This document shows positions 1-12,852 of a stretch of 64,000 nt of DNA, piece after piece (position 1 is the first letter of the stretch; every line of letters starts with the position of its first letter). A program made the position numbers and the translations under genes. The stretch is from Okamejei kenojei (Eukaryota), in NCBI GenBank assembly GCA_035221665.1, contig CM069136.1:53506001-53570000 (forward strand). Reading direction: 5' to 3'. The notes beneath the pieces were generated by a model, which was not told the DNA's origin, did no database searches, and saw only the letters and a program-made list of their open reading frames with translations.

Positions 1-16
1 TGGTCATCAATAGGGA

Positions 17-175
17 CACAAGGATTACTGCAGTTGCTGGAACGAGAGAAAAACACAAGCTGGAAGAATTCAGCAGCTCCGTTGACTGAAGAAAGGTCCC
101 GGACCCAAAACGTTGCCCGTTCATTCCCCCACAAAGCTGCCAGACCCGCCAAATTTCTCCAGTACTTTGTGTTGT
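17..175. repeat. Degenerate Penelope-tail-derived quasi-palindromic repeat
   Basis: ctgaagaaaggtcccggacccaaaacgtt core plus acacaag...gctgga / tccagtactttgtgt arms; same family as 14670-14866 and 56015-56225. Confidence 0.55.
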
Positions 176-1091
176 GGTCATCAATATTTGGACAAATACG
201 GTATCCTACCCTCAAGAACTTTCATAGTAAATCTCAAGAAAGCATTTTTTGGACGTGAAACTGCATTCTATTTTCATTTTCACCATATTTCCACTTGTTT
301 ATGAAAATATGTTAGAGTTACTATACATTTTCATTCATTCCAATATAATTCAATGTAATTCAACATATCTGATCAGAACTAGGTGTATTGGTTCTGTGGG
401 AGCAATTTACGGTTGATCCAAAGTCATTGAACTTAGTGTCTTTTTGGTGACATTCACATTTCCGGCGAGTCTTTGTATAGATCATACAAATTTCTTGAGC
501 CAATTCAATTTGCTGGGTAATCTTCACAACATTCACAAGTACATAAATTGGGGACTAACTGATGAGTAAATCCAACTCAAATCACAGTTATTGGAAATTA
601 TCTGCAGAAATAAATGATGCATTACACAAAGGAATTAGTGTGAGTAATTCTCTAGAGTGTTCTTCTCATGTTATATTTTGGTCCCATAATGTGTATGTTT
701 GCAATCATGACACAGATGTAGAAATTCTTCCATTGTAGAATGTAGTACACCTAATTGTGGCAGTTCGAGAGGTGTGATCAGGAAAGAGTTCAGTTTTTTT
801 TAACAATTGTGGATTGTTACGATGATGGTGGAGAGAGTCACAAACTTCACATTCTTGGGCATGCATATTTCCGAAGATCTTTCCTGATGCAATTATAAAT
901 ATAGCACATCAAAGCACATTATTGCTACTTTTCCTGCATCTGTATTCAATTGGTCATGTTTTATAGTTAGTCCAAATGGGCAGCTGCTTGGTGAACGGAT
1001 GCAGCAGAAATGCAAAACATCGCTCACAAATGCGTGGTTGTTCTTAAATGTCAACAGTCTGTAAAATCGTGAACTGATTTTCGTTTTGACT

Positions 1092-1385
1092 TTACTTCAG
1101 ACTTTTGAGATACAGCCTGGAAACAAGCCCTTGAGGCCACTGAGTCCGCGCCAACCAGCGATCACCACGTACGCACCTACACATGATGGACAATTTACAA
1201 ATTTTACCAAAGCCTATTAACCAGCAAATGTGTGTCTTTGGAGTGCAGGAGGGAACCCAGGGAAAACACAAGCGGTCGCGGGGAGAAGGTCCAAACTTCG
1301 TACAGACAACACTTGTAGTCAGCATTGAACCCGGGTCTCTGGCGCCGCTAGGCAACAGCTCTGCCTCTGCGCCACTGTGCCGTTA
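1092..1385 (-). mobile_element. HE1-like tRNA-derived SINE
   Basis: Minus strand reads ggcacagtggcgcag...gacccgggttcaat (A/B box-like head) and ends in the ggcttgtttccaggctgtatctc tail shared with other copies. Confidence 0.8.
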
Positions 1386-1789
1386 ACACTTGCGTGCATT
1401 GGACGATGCTTTTGTTGCAGTGCTGGTCTGAAATCGGTCAATTTTGGGATGAAAGTGGGATGGCGATAGCTCAGAGATCAGTCAATGGAAAGGAGTTCAG
1501 AAACGATAAATTTAAAATAAGGGCACAGTGAGAACAGGAGCACAGCAGTTTTGATGAAAGCTTCTTGGCATGGTGCCGATTTTGCTGAGAAATACCAGCA
1601 GGTTCAGGATTTCCACAGATGCTTCCACTACATGGGAGTTCCAGTCTTTCTGACAGCAGTTCACGTGTGCTCCTATAATTGCGATCGCCATTGCACTCCT
1701 CACAGAGTCTAATAACAAAGTGTAACATAGCAGCAGTTCTGAGGAATTCACGCACATCTGTGCTGGCTTAGACTTGTAGCACTGAGTTC

Positions 1790-2385
1790 TTAGTTAAGTT
1801 TAGAGATACAGAGTGGAAACAAGACAATTGGCCTACCGAGCCCATGCTGACCAAATAGCACCTGTATACTAGTTCTATGCTACACACTAGGTATAATTTA
1901 CAGAAACTAATTAACATACAAACCTGGACTTCATAAGTGATAGGAGTAGAATTGGGCCATTCGACCTATCAAGTATTCGACCTATCAAGGGCCGAGAGGG
2001 CCTGTTTCCGTGCTGTAATTGTTATATGGTTATATGGTTATAAGTCTACTCTGCCATTCAATCATGGGTGAGCTATCACGTGCTCCTAACCTCTTTCACG
2101 TGCCTTCTCCCCATAACCTCTGGCACTTGTACGAATCAAGAATCTATTTCTGCCTTAAAAATATCAACTGACAGCCTGTACAGCCTTCTGTGGCAAAGAA
2201 TTCCACAGATTCACCACCCTCTGACTAAAGTATTCCAAATGCGTGCGTCTTTGGAATGTAAACCGGAGCACTTGGAGAAAACCCACGGGAGAACATACAA
2301 ATTCCATACAGTTAGCACCCATAGTCAGGATTGAACCCGGGTCTTTGGCGCTGTAAGGCAGCAGCTTTATCACTCTGCCACTGGT
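1790..2385 (-). mobile_element. HE1-like SINE interrupted by nested CR1 3' fragments (~1931-2235)
   Basis: SINE tail 1790-1930 and head 2240-2385; between them CR1 peptide FSQRVVNLWNSLPQKAV and a second CR1 tail flanked by duplicated ttcgacctatcaag. Confidence 0.7.
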
Positions 2386-2424
2386 CTACCCCTTCTTGTA
2401 TTCAAATTAAAGAGAATGGTAGCA

Positions 2425-3178
2425 AACCATATAACCATATAACCATATAACAATTATAGCACGGAAACAGGCCCTCTCGGCCCTTCCAGTCCGTGCCGAC
2501 CATTTGTTTTCCCCTAGTCCCATCTACCTGTACTCAGACCATACCCCTCCATTCCCTTCACGTCCATATACCTATCCACTTTACTTTTAAATGTTAAAAT
2601 CGATCCTGCCTCCACCACTTCTGCTGGAAGCTCATTTCACACAGCCACCACCCTCTGAGTAAAGAAGTTCCCCCTTACGTTACCCCTAAACTTCTGTCCC
2701 TTAATTCTCATGTCATGCCCTCTTGTTTGAATCTTCCCTACCCTCAATGGGAAAAATGTATCCACGTCAACTCTGTCTATCCCTTTCATCATTTTAAAGA
2801 CCTCAATCAAGTCCCCCCTTAACCTTCTGCACTCCAAAGAATAAAGACCTAACTTGTTCAACCTTTCTCTGTAACATAGTTGCTGGAACCCTGGCAACAT
2901 TCTAGTAAATCTCCTCTGTACTCTCTCTATTTTGTTGACATCCTTCCTATAATTAGGCGACCAAAATTGTACACCATACTCCAGAATTGGTCTTACCAAT
3001 GCTTTGTACAATTTTAACATTACTTCCCTACTCCTATATTCAATGCTCTGATTTATAAAGGCCAGCACACCAAAGGCTTTCTTTACCACCCCATCTACAT
3101 GCGATTCCACCTTCAGGGAACTATGCACAGTTATTCCTAGATCCCTCTGTTCCACAACATTCCTCAATTCCCTACCAT
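2425..3178 (-). mobile_element. CR1 LINE, 5'-truncated (RT C-terminus + 3' UTR)
   Basis: ORF 2637-3167: LYKALVRPILEYGVQFWSP...RRLRGDLIEVFK...FFTQRVV; (ataaccat)n microsatellite tail. Confidence 0.95.
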
Positions 3179-3279
3179 AAACGATTAAGTTAAGTGTTTG
3201 TCGCTTTAATTGTATGTTTACTTAAATGTTATCACGTATTAGTGTTTTAGTTTCCAACCATTATTAAATGTTCAATGCT

Positions 3280-3545
3280 TAAAGATACAGTGCGGAAACA
3301 GGCCCTTCTGCCCACCGAATCCATGCCGACATTGATCGCTCCTTGCATGACCACTCCCCTACCCACTAGGGGCAATTTATAATAACAGAAGCCTATTAAC
3401 CTACAAACCTATACTTCTTTAGAGTGTGGGAGGAAACTGGAGTACGCAGGGAGAACATACAAACTCCTTGCAGACAGCGCCCCTAAACAGGATTAAACGC
3501 ATGTCTCTAGTGCTGTAAGGCAGGAACTCTACCTCTGTGCCACAC
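3280..3545 (-). mobile_element. HE1-like SINE
   Basis: gatacagtgcggaaacaggccc tail; attaacctacaaacc...gagtgtgggaggaaac body. Confidence 0.75.
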
Positions 3546-4050
3546 ACTGTTTTGGAATGTTTCTGAATAGACAATCATCAAGCAATATTGACAACTTTGG
3601 AGAGACTGCCATTCAAATGCAGTGACCAATTTGATAGGCTGAGCTTGTTCTGGTCCTGTCTCTCATCTCCCCATGGCAAGGATTTATGCACCCCAGGTCC
3701 TGCTTCGGCCCCTATTGTTGAGAGGAGCCACCTAACTTCTTCCAGCAACCTCCACCAGGAAAGGCAATTAGATTAGTAAACACTGGAAGCACTACGGAGA
3801 GTCCATGGAAAGGGAAACAGAATTACCATTCAAAGTCTAAGATATTTCGACAGAACAATTTGAGTTCTGAAGAAGTCTCGGAGTTGAAATGTCAGCTATA
3901 ACATTTTCTCCTTCCAAGCTGCAGCCTGACCTGCTGAGTGCTACCAGTGTTTACTGTTTTTCTTTCAGATTTTCAGCAACTAAACTTTTATTTTATTTTT
4001 TTAATTAATGGTAGAATCGGATACATTTGTATTTAATCCAGAGATCAGCA

Positions 4051-4852
4051 AGGGCGGCACGGGAGCACAGTGGTAGAGTTGCTGCCTTACAGCGCCTGGG
4101 ACCTGGGTTCGATCCTGATTATGGTGCTGTCTGCATGGAGTTTGTACATTCTACCTGTGACCACGTGGATTTTCTCCAGCTGCTCCGGTTTCCTCCCTTG
4201 CTCTAAAGACGTACAGGTTTGTAGGTTAATTGGCTTTGGTATAAAATTGTCATTAATGTGTAGAATCCATTCCCGCACGATGACTCCATGCTCGGCAGCC
4301 TCGCCAGCAGCTCGTGTGTTTCTTTGGACTCTTTGTTGTTTCCTGTGTGTCTGAATGTATGTCTCCCGGTGTGTCTTGTGTGCGGGGTGCTGGGGGGGAA
4401 ATAGGGGCAACCGCTCCCAGTCACTTACCTCGACGGAGATGCAACTTTTTTCCGTGTCGCATTTTTGCCCCTCTCGCGACCTAACAACTGGATCAGTGCA
4501 GCCTTTCCGACCGGATACTGGCCCAGAGCTTCAGCAGCGGGCGCAGTGTGGACCTTAACGTAGCGGAGCTGCTGTACTTTGCCGGGCCTGCTGACATTAC
4601 CATCATGGAACTTGGTCTGTGGGCGCTGCGCGAACATCACGGAGCTGCCTGCGATCCTTTGTCAAGGAACGCCAGAAGAAGTGCTCTGACCACGGGGCCT
4701 GTGGACTTGGTATTATAAATCCGCGATCTCCGGTAGGAAGCGGCTGATTCGGCAATTCCACGCCGCAGAGTGTTCCAATCCATCCCGATGTCCAAGTTTC
4801 GATCTTCCCAGCCCTTGTATTTCCATGCTGTTTCTCTAAACTGAACTAAAAC
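4051..4852 (+). mobile_element. HE1-like SINE with a GC-rich repeat replacing or inserted in its middle (~4270-4810)
   Basis: Head gggcggcacgg...ggttcgatcc at 4051; tail ttccatgctgtttctctaaactgaactaaa; the insert resembles the reverse complement of part of 19300-20035. Confidence 0.65.
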
Positions 4853-5156
4853 TGAGCAATGAAGCACACAATTCCGTGTTAACTGCCACATTGAACCAAT
4901 GGTTTTGAATGTTAGGCTAATGCTAAATGCCTGTTAGAATTTCCAGAATTGTCAAGAAATTTTATTTAATGTTAATTTTCTGGTGATACAGTTGAGCAAT
5001 TTTATGCCCTGTAGACTTCTGATCATAATGTTTTTGAAAGGAAAAAACCATAACCATTTTGTGTCTACAATAATAATATCTCCTACTCAATTTCTTTAGA
5101 ATTATAAGAAATTCCATATGAAAGGTGTAGACTTGCGAAAGAGCCAAAGAGTGGGA

Positions 5157-5740
5157 ATCACTGAGGATGCATCCCAGCTCATCTAGAAGATGTATATTTT
5201 TCACACTGAAGTCTGGCTCAGCCAGTGGCACCTAGGAATAGACTGGGTGACAACCAAGAATAGTTTGGTGACAACTGGAGAGACAGTTGACGGCACGGAA
5301 AGACGGCACCCGGGCCAGGCTGGGTTAGCACCCCAGTCTGTGTCTTTCATGAGAAAGTCGCCCAATAAAGCTACGGAAAGGCCTAATGAACCACCTTGGC
5401 CTAAAAATCCATCAGGGGAGAGTGAAATGCTCAGAGAAGGAGAAAGAGGTGCAGCGCACAGGCCTCGAACCTGGTGAGATGCAGGAGGAGCCTGGCCACG
5501 ACTCACCCCACTTACCCCAGTCCCTCCATGCACTAGAATCTCCCAACCCCTGCAGAGTAGTTATTAAGATGGCTGATCCGTGGGCGGTTGCCACTGGGAC
5601 GAAAGTCGGGGCCTGATCAACCCCGGCTGGGTCGCCTGGGCGAGGGTGTCTGATGTTGCGAGGCCCAAAACACCCGATGACCCCAGATCACATCACTGAG
5701 GATGTGTCCCAGCGCATCTAGAAGATGTATATTTTTCACA
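5157..5740 (+). mobile_element. Short internally deleted HERO-like (RLE-clade non-LTR) element with 49-bp terminal direct repeats
   Basis: Direct repeat 5157-5205 / 5692-5740 (3 mismatches). ORF 5386-5616 fuses an N-terminal Zn-finger tail (GLKIHQGRVKC...QRTGLEPGEMQEEPG) to a C-terminal IKMADPWAVATGT*. Structured UTRs. Confidence 0.7.
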
Positions 5741-6639
5741 GCTGCCCTCATTACTGGAGAGGTAGATAATCTTAATACATAACAAGAGACAGCAGATCTT
5801 AATATATCATACCTCAGAGTTTACAAAAGCATATGAACTCATTGTTGGAAGGAAAAAGTATGTAAGCTTCCTTGGTTTTGAGGATGAAGAGGGATGTGAG
5901 TTGTCTGAACCCTTCAAACCTGCGACAAATTTTCAGTGAAATGAATCAGTGTATATTGGCACAACACAATGATTCACTGGACAATTAAAAACCAATTGCA
6001 AGTACTTAAAAACGAGTCTGGAAAAACATTTATTCCACAATTATGATGGTTATAATTAAAATATAATTTAGTATTAGATTTCAAACTTTTTATTTACTCA
6101 TGGATGTCTTTGAAGATACTGAAGAATGGTGCTTATGTTCAAAATCTCCTGAATGTATTTAACTTTGATTTCTATAAACATGGAGCACGTCTACAGTTGT
6201 GTCCTAATAGCTCATGACTGAAGATGTAGTAACTGTACCACTTGTGGCTCAGTTTTAATTAAGGAATGAATAATTAATACAAAAGTCAATAATTTCTCAT
6301 TACTGTAGTTTACAATTAAATTGATATTGCCCTGCATAGAATGTTAACATTATTTCAATATACCAATCATTAAATTAATTTTGCTTAATTTTTTGTGGTA
6401 CTTAACATCAAGTTTTTTTTGAAGCATGAAGGTGCTTCTGAACTGAAATACGCAAGCACATGTAAAACATATCTATTTTAAGTCTTCTCTGTGGAACAAT
6501 TTATTTTTGTAAATTTGGTGCTCAGAGCACTGGACGGCAAATATTTTTCTTTCAGAACGAAAACTATTTTCAAATAACTAAACTTGACCTGAGTAATAAA
6601 ACTTACCTTTGCTAACGGATAAGGTTAAATGGTCTTAAG

Positions 6640-7075
6640 TACTCTAATGTTCATACCGCTGGGGTAAACTGAAATATGAAATGCTGTTCCTCCAATTTGC
6701 GCTGGGCCTCACTCTGACAATGGAGGAGGCCTAGGACAGAAAGGTCAGATTGGGAATGAGAGGGGGGGTTGAAGTGCCAAGCCTCCGGGAGATCAGGTAG
6801 GTTTAAACGGACGGCGCGGAGGTGTATAGTGAAATGATTGCTGAGCCTGCGCTTCGTCTCGCCGATGTAAGGTTGACACCTGGAACAGCGGATACATTAG
6901 ATGAGGTTGGAGGAGGTGCAAGTGAACCTCTGCCTCACCAAAAAAGACTGTTTGGGTCCTTGGAGTTGAGGGGGGAGACAAAAGGACAGGTGTTGCATCT
7001 CCTGTGGTTGCAGGGGAATGTAGCTGCGGAGGGTGGGAAGGGACGAGTTGACCAGGGAGTTTCGGAGGGAACAAT
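6640..7075 (-). mobile_element. Penelope-like element fragment (GIY-YIG endonuclease region)
   Basis: Minus strand encodes F(T)CTSSNL..C...IGE(T)K and KLEEQHFIF-like peptide; homologous to 28290-28620. Confidence 0.8.
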
Positions 7076-7269
7076 TATTAAATGAAAATGAGTTTGTAAA
7101 CTTTTGTTGGGTGCAGTTAGTCCAATCTAGCTGCCCTAAATCCTATTGCCCACAAATCGAACAATCACTGCAGTTCCTCATGGATTGCTCAGTCGACTTT
7201 CACACTGGAACATGTAATGATAAAACTACTTCAGCGCGCTAACCTGCACATGGGCTCTGGGAGTGAAGA

Positions 7270-7775
7270 ATGCTTTATTATCATATGCACCAACAATGGA
7301 ACAATGAAATTCATACCTGCAACAGCATAACAGGGCAGTAAATAGAATACACATAGATAATATTTAATATACAAAAATCCAAAAATGTTATAACCACGAT
7401 GCTAGTGCAAAACAAAACCCCGGTCCTTGGTGCAACCAAAGATGGGCCAAATAATTTCCTAGTTGAGGTTAGTGCTGTGTGGTGTTCAAGAGGCTGATGG
7501 TTGTTGGGAAGAAAATTGTGGTTGTGGATTTCAGATTGCTGTACCTTCTTCCCGATGGCAGGAGTGAAATAAGATTGTGACCAGGGTGATGTGGGTCTTT
7601 TATTTTGATATTGGCTGCTTTTTTTGAAGTAGTGCTTCCTACAGATCCCGTCGATGGTGGAGAGGTCAGTTCCTTTGATGGCCTGGGCAGAATCTACCAT
7701 TCTCCGTTATCTCCTGGGCGTTTGAGTTGCTGAACCAGGCCATGATACAACCAATCACGATGCTGTCTACCATTT
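7270..7775 (-). mobile_element. Rex1/Babar LINE 3' fragment
   Basis: MVDSAQAIKGTDLSTIDGI peptide, homologous to 58323-58823. Confidence 0.75.
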
Positions 7776-7789
7776 TGTATGGTATTGAA

Positions 7790-8366
7790 TATTGAAGTTG
7801 GGAAGTCATGTTCCAGTTATATAAGACATCAGGAAGGCTGCATTGAGAGTATTGTGTTCAGTTCTGGACACCATGTCATAGGGTTAGGCTGGAGAGGGTG
7901 CACAGAAAATTCACGATGATATCGAAGGCCTGAGCTGGAGGGAGTGGTAGAGCAGGCTAAGATCTATTCCTTGGAGCGCAGGAGGATGAGGGGTGATCTT
8001 ATGGAGGTGTATAAAATCATGAGAGGAATAGATTGGGTAGACATACAGTGCCTCTTGCCCAGAGTTGGGGAATTGAGAACATACAAACATAGAACCATTG
8101 GACATAGGTTTAAGGTGAGGGGGGAAAGATTTAATAAGAACCTGATGGGTAACTGTTTCACACAAATGGTGGTGGTTGTATGGATCAAGCTGACGGAGGA
8201 GCTAGTCAAGGCAGGTACTATCGCAATGTTTAAGAAACATTTTGATAGGTTTAGAGGGATATGGATCAAGCACTGGCAGGTAGTGTAGATGGGACATGTC
8301 CGGTGTTGGCAAGTTGGGCTGAAGGGCCTGTTTCCACACTGTATCACTCAATGACTCTATGACTCT
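7790..8366 (+). mobile_element. CR1 LINE 3' fragment
   Basis: YSLERRRMRGDLMEVYKIMRG; (atgactct)n tail. Confidence 0.9.
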
Positions 8367-9199
8367 TTTGGTAACCTATTGTGTTTCTGATAGTTGGTTC
8401 TACAGCATAAAGCCAATGGTGTTCAAGTTTTGACAGTAAAAATAAAATCATGAAATATTTAAAAAAAAGGCAGAAGGAAGTCATCATTGATTACAACCAA
8501 CAGTGCAAAGATTTACTGGTCTTGCCTGATATTTTTGTGATTAATAGTTGCTGGGAGATTTTTTTTGCCTGGTTTGTGGATTATATTTCAACCAGATGGT
8601 AAACACGTCTCACCTTGGAAGTGTAGCTTTCCGTGACAATCTTTTAAAAGGTAATATTCAAAGTTAATGTGAAGTGTTTTCTTTGCTGACTTACCAGCTT
8701 TAATTCATTGAAATTTGCATACTTTGAATGTGTTCAAATATTATGGAGCATTGGGTTTGGAAATATCCTCTGATCAATTCAGAGGTGATTTTTGTAATGT
8801 CAGTTTTCATTTACAGTCTGACCTTCAGAATCTTTCGTAAATCCAAAATCAAGGCAGCAGGCTTTTTACCAGTGTATCCAATTTTGATGTTTGACAAGAT
8901 CATCTGGAGGAACAGATATCTTGGTTTTTTTGCTGATGGAAAACTCTGATCTGAATTTGAAGGCTGATTATCCTCTGGCCATAACAACATCAGCCTGAAA
9001 GCTCGTCTGTTCTTATCAGGTTGACAGATCTCTTGGATATGTTGATACTTGACCTTTGCATTCTTACTTGCATCTGTTGTCATTTGGGTTGTGCACTGAA
9101 CATTTCAAATGAATTATAATTCCCTATTATAAATCTCTAGAAAAATATACCTAAATAATAACGATGGAAAGATCAAATTGATCTGAATTATTAGAATTA

Positions 9200-9505
9200 C
9201 AGACTCATCCAGCACAGAAACAGATCCTTCAGCCTTCCATCTCCATGCTGATCAACGTACCCATCTACACTTATCCCATTAGCTTTCACTTGGTTGTAGC
9301 CTTGCCAGTCTTAGCAATTTAAATGTTTGATTCAAATGTTGTTGGGTTACCCTCTACCACTTTCTCAGGCAATGCAATACAGATTCCATTCATACTGTGG
9401 GGTGAAAATAATCTTTATCTGAGCCCCTCTAAACTATTTAAACCTTTTCCCAAACCTTTGCTCTCCAGTTTTAGAGAGCACTTCAAGAGGAAATGTTTTC
9501 TCCCA
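9200..9505 (-). mobile_element. Old CR1 3' fragment
   Basis: Degenerate match to CR1 tail (cagcacagaaacag...ctctaccactttctcaggcaatgc...cattcatactgtggggtgaaa). Confidence 0.55.
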
Positions 9506-9860
9506 TATATTCCACAATTTTACTTTGTGACTATGTGAAGACCCCACCAGCACGCATGCGCGACATATCGTCCAACGCATTGCGAGCAACAGGCAGGGAG
9601 GAGCGTCGCTCCTCCAGCAGTAGGTTTAAAATGGACCTGCAGGTAAGTTTTTACTATTCTGAGGTCGTTTTTTGGCCACTCTGTATAATTTATTTTACAA
9701 AGCATAAACTACTATGGACAAGTCTAGGACGAAGTCCAAATGGACCGCAACAAAACTGACTGCGGAGGACCGCGGGAATGCGGGCAGTCAGCAGCGGCCA
9801 ACTTCACCTGAGCTGCTAACCGTACGGCCAGCAGCCCCCTACTTGGCACCGTAACTGCCC

Positions 9861-10718
9861 GTGGGTGTACCTTGGACTAGCGGTAAAGCCACCCAAAAGT
9901 CGGATCGGCCCGGAGGCTCGGCAGGGTCCGGGCTGGAAGATTCACCACCTGCGGAGAACGACAGTGGCCGTTTATCTCGCATGGAGCGGTTAATGGAGCA
10001 ACTGCTCCAACATAACCTACTCCAACAAATGGAGTCTGGTCACCATGGGTCTCCTCGGACACCCATGGCAGCACCTTTTACAGGGCTGCCAAATGTCTCC
10101 CTCATCTCAGAGGGGAGCATTAGGAGTCAATACTGGGCTGACTCTGAACATGGGGATTTGGCTGAGGACTCTTCCAGAGTGCTAGGGGTGCAGGAACAAC
10201 AAGAGCTGCTCGGCATGGTCTCCAAATTTGCGATGCCCTCGCAAAAGGGACAGCCGTTACAACCGCAGCTGGCAGCCAGCATCAACTATCTCACCGTCAA
10301 CCAGCTGCAGGAACAAACCATGAGTGACACAGCTGCTAAATATTTAGCACCAGACAACTGTGTTTCACTCAATGTTCCTCCGGTGAACAATCCGATCTGG
10401 GGAAACATCGGTGCTGGCATCAGAACCCAGGAAATAAAGATACAGAAGATCCTTAAACTACTGGCTTCCGGAATAACAGCATTTGCCAGGTCAGTGGATG
10501 GCAAGGACATGTCAGAAGAACAACAGGACACCTTGGCACTCTTCTGCAATGCACAGTTTGAAATAAACTGTTTTAGGAAGAGTGTTATCGGACCTGCTCT
10601 AAATCCCAAATTTGCGGGGTTGTGCAAGACCAGCAGCACGCAACCGCACGCAACCGCCTACTTTACTGTTCGGGGACAACCTGCTGTTAAAGACCTCGAC
10701 GAGGAGCCGTCGGTCTAA
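9861..10718 (+). pseudogene. DIRS gag-like ORF1 (frameshifted near C-terminus)
   Basis: 285-aa ORF upstream of RT; PDNCVSLNVPPVNNPIW motif typical of DIRS ORF1. Confidence 0.7.
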
Positions 10719-11059
10719 TGAAAGCGTCGTCCACTGCCAAGACCTCGTATCCTCGGTGGCAGCACCCCTACGCATCCATCAGCAAGCCAAGATACTACAA
10801 CAAAAGAACAGCAGCTGGTGAAAGTTCCAAGGCTGTACGTTCAGGACAAAGGTCTTTTTTAGACCAAGGCCCATAACGGCCTTCGTGGAAGATGCTCAAC
10901 CCCACACCCGAGCGCCTCCAAACCCCAAGAGACAAGGACGGAAGAAACCAACACAGCACCACCGGTAACCATGGAGGTCGGAGGGTCTGGTTTCTTCCGG
11001 AACATAGCATATGTAAATTCTTCACAAACTAGGGGAAGGTTACACTTGTTTAGAAATGC

Positions 11060-12350
11060 ATGAGTTCCATAACCTCTGATCCTTTTATACTGCAAAGTAT
11101 CCAGGGATACAAAATTGAATCTTTTCACAAAATCCTCCCTCCGGTTCAGCATGCACCTAGCCGAACGTTCGTGCTTTCACAAAAAGAAAGATTGGAAGGT
11201 CATGCAGAACTTTTGAGGTTACATACAAAAGGAGTAATTGGGAAATCCAAACACGAATCTCTTGAGTTTTTATCAAATATTTTCACAAAAAACAAAAAAG
11301 ATGGTGGATGTCGCATCATCATTGCTTTGACACAACTGAATACCTTTGTGTCGTGTACGCACTTCAAAATGGAAACATTTGTTACTGCCGAACAATTAGT
11401 TTCAAAAAGATACTTCATGGCTTGCATCGACCTAAAAGATGCATACTATTCAGTACCAATAGAGAAGGGTCACTGCAAATATCTGAAATGTAACTGGATG
11501 GGGCAGCTCTGGCAATACAAAGCGCTGCCTAATGGATTAACATCAGCCCCCAGACTATTTACCAAAATATTGAAACCAGCCTTGGCGTTTCTCCGAAAAC
11601 AGAAACATATCATCATGGCATATCTGGATGACATCTTAATTGTGGGAAAAACCCTGGAGTTGGCCAAATTGGCTGTTTCAGCCACCAAGCTCTTATTTGA
11701 AAAGTTGGGGTTTATCATCCATCCAGATAAATCCAAGTTAACGCCTTCTATGAAAATGGACTACTTGGGGTTCACAATTGACTCTGTTCACATGTCTGTG
11801 ACTTTGCCAAAGGACAAAGTAACAGACTTAATAGAGGCATGCAACTCCCTTGTTTGCGTCAGTTAACCATCTATTCGACAAGTAGCTAGGGTATTTGGGA
11901 AGCTCGTGGCTGCATTCCCAGCCACACAATTTGGACCCTTGTATAACCAGAAGAAGCACTCAAATACCATGCTGGCCATTTTTACAGGCCAATGCAGTTA
12001 CCAGTCAAAGCAGTTTTGGAGTTGCAATGGTGGATTAACAACACTCGACATTGCTCTAATCCCATCATAATCAAGAACCCTTCAGTTGTGTTACAAATTG
12101 ATGCCGGCGCTCACGGCTGGAGAGCAAACAATACCACCTCCAGTTGCGGTGGTAGATGGAATGCACATTAGTTAACTTTACTTCAGACACTGGGAATAAA
12201 TCATCTAGAGATGTTGGGAGCGTTCCATGGGCTTTGGGCCTATTGTTCGGACATGCACCATCTGCATGTTCGCCTACAAATTAATAATACCACCGTGGTG
12301 GCATATATTAATCATATGGGTGGAATTAAGTCGATATCTTGTGATTAATT
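11060..12350 (+). pseudogene. DIRS reverse transcriptase + RNase H (disrupted)
   Basis: IDLKDAYYSVPI, LPNGLTSAPRLFTK, YLDD; downstream DA..GW and INHLEMLG / NTTVVAYINHMGG RNase H motifs with stops and frameshifts. Confidence 0.92.
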
Positions 12351-12834
12351 GGTCAATACAATCTGGCACTGGTGCATCGAGAGAAATATCTGGGTGTCAG
12401 CTACCTACCTTCCAGGTAAGCTCAATACAGTGGCGGATGACAACACCGAATGGATGTTGGACCACCAAGTATTTACTGACATTGTAGCTCGGTATGGAAC
12501 ACCAGATATCGATCTATTCACATCCAGACTTAATCACCAATTACCAACATATGTTGCATGGGAACCAGACTCTGGGGCAGTAGCGATGGACGCTTTCTCA
12601 TTACACTGGGGGGAATTGTTTTTCTATGCATTTCTCCCCTTCTGCCTCATAAGTCGGGTCTTGCGGAAAATACAACAAGGCTCCCCGTCGGGTATCTTGG
12701 TAGTACCCGACTGGCCTACTCAGCCATGGTTTCCTGTGGTACTCGACATGGTCTCAGAACCATGTATACCCATCTCCAAACGCCCGAGTTTATTGGTTCA
12801 TCCTGTGACAGGCAAAAGTCACCCCGTGCCATGA
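12349..12834 (+). pseudogene. DIRS RNase H end + adenine-methyltransferase-like domain
   Basis: PDIDLFTSRLNHQL, DAFSLHW, YAFLPF (consensus YAFPPF), VVPDWPTQPWFP. Confidence 0.85.
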
Positions 12835-12852
12835 CAGAAAAAACCTGTTGAT

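Noticed and set aside
4051-4125. tRNA genes at SINE heads (also 18556, 57363, 62572)
   Set aside because: A/B-box-like heads run directly into SINE bodies; no complete cloverleaf
5641-5680. ctgatg...aaaacaccc as a canonical hammerhead ribozyme in the HERO-like element
   Set aside because: The core reads CUGAUGU, lacks GAAA, and no stem I can be placed; only a hairpin is supported
8695-9083. ORFs 8811-9083 (-) and 8728-8949 (+) with nearby splice-like signals as a host exon
   Set aside because: No recognisable protein motif; stops interrupt frames between the candidate splice sites
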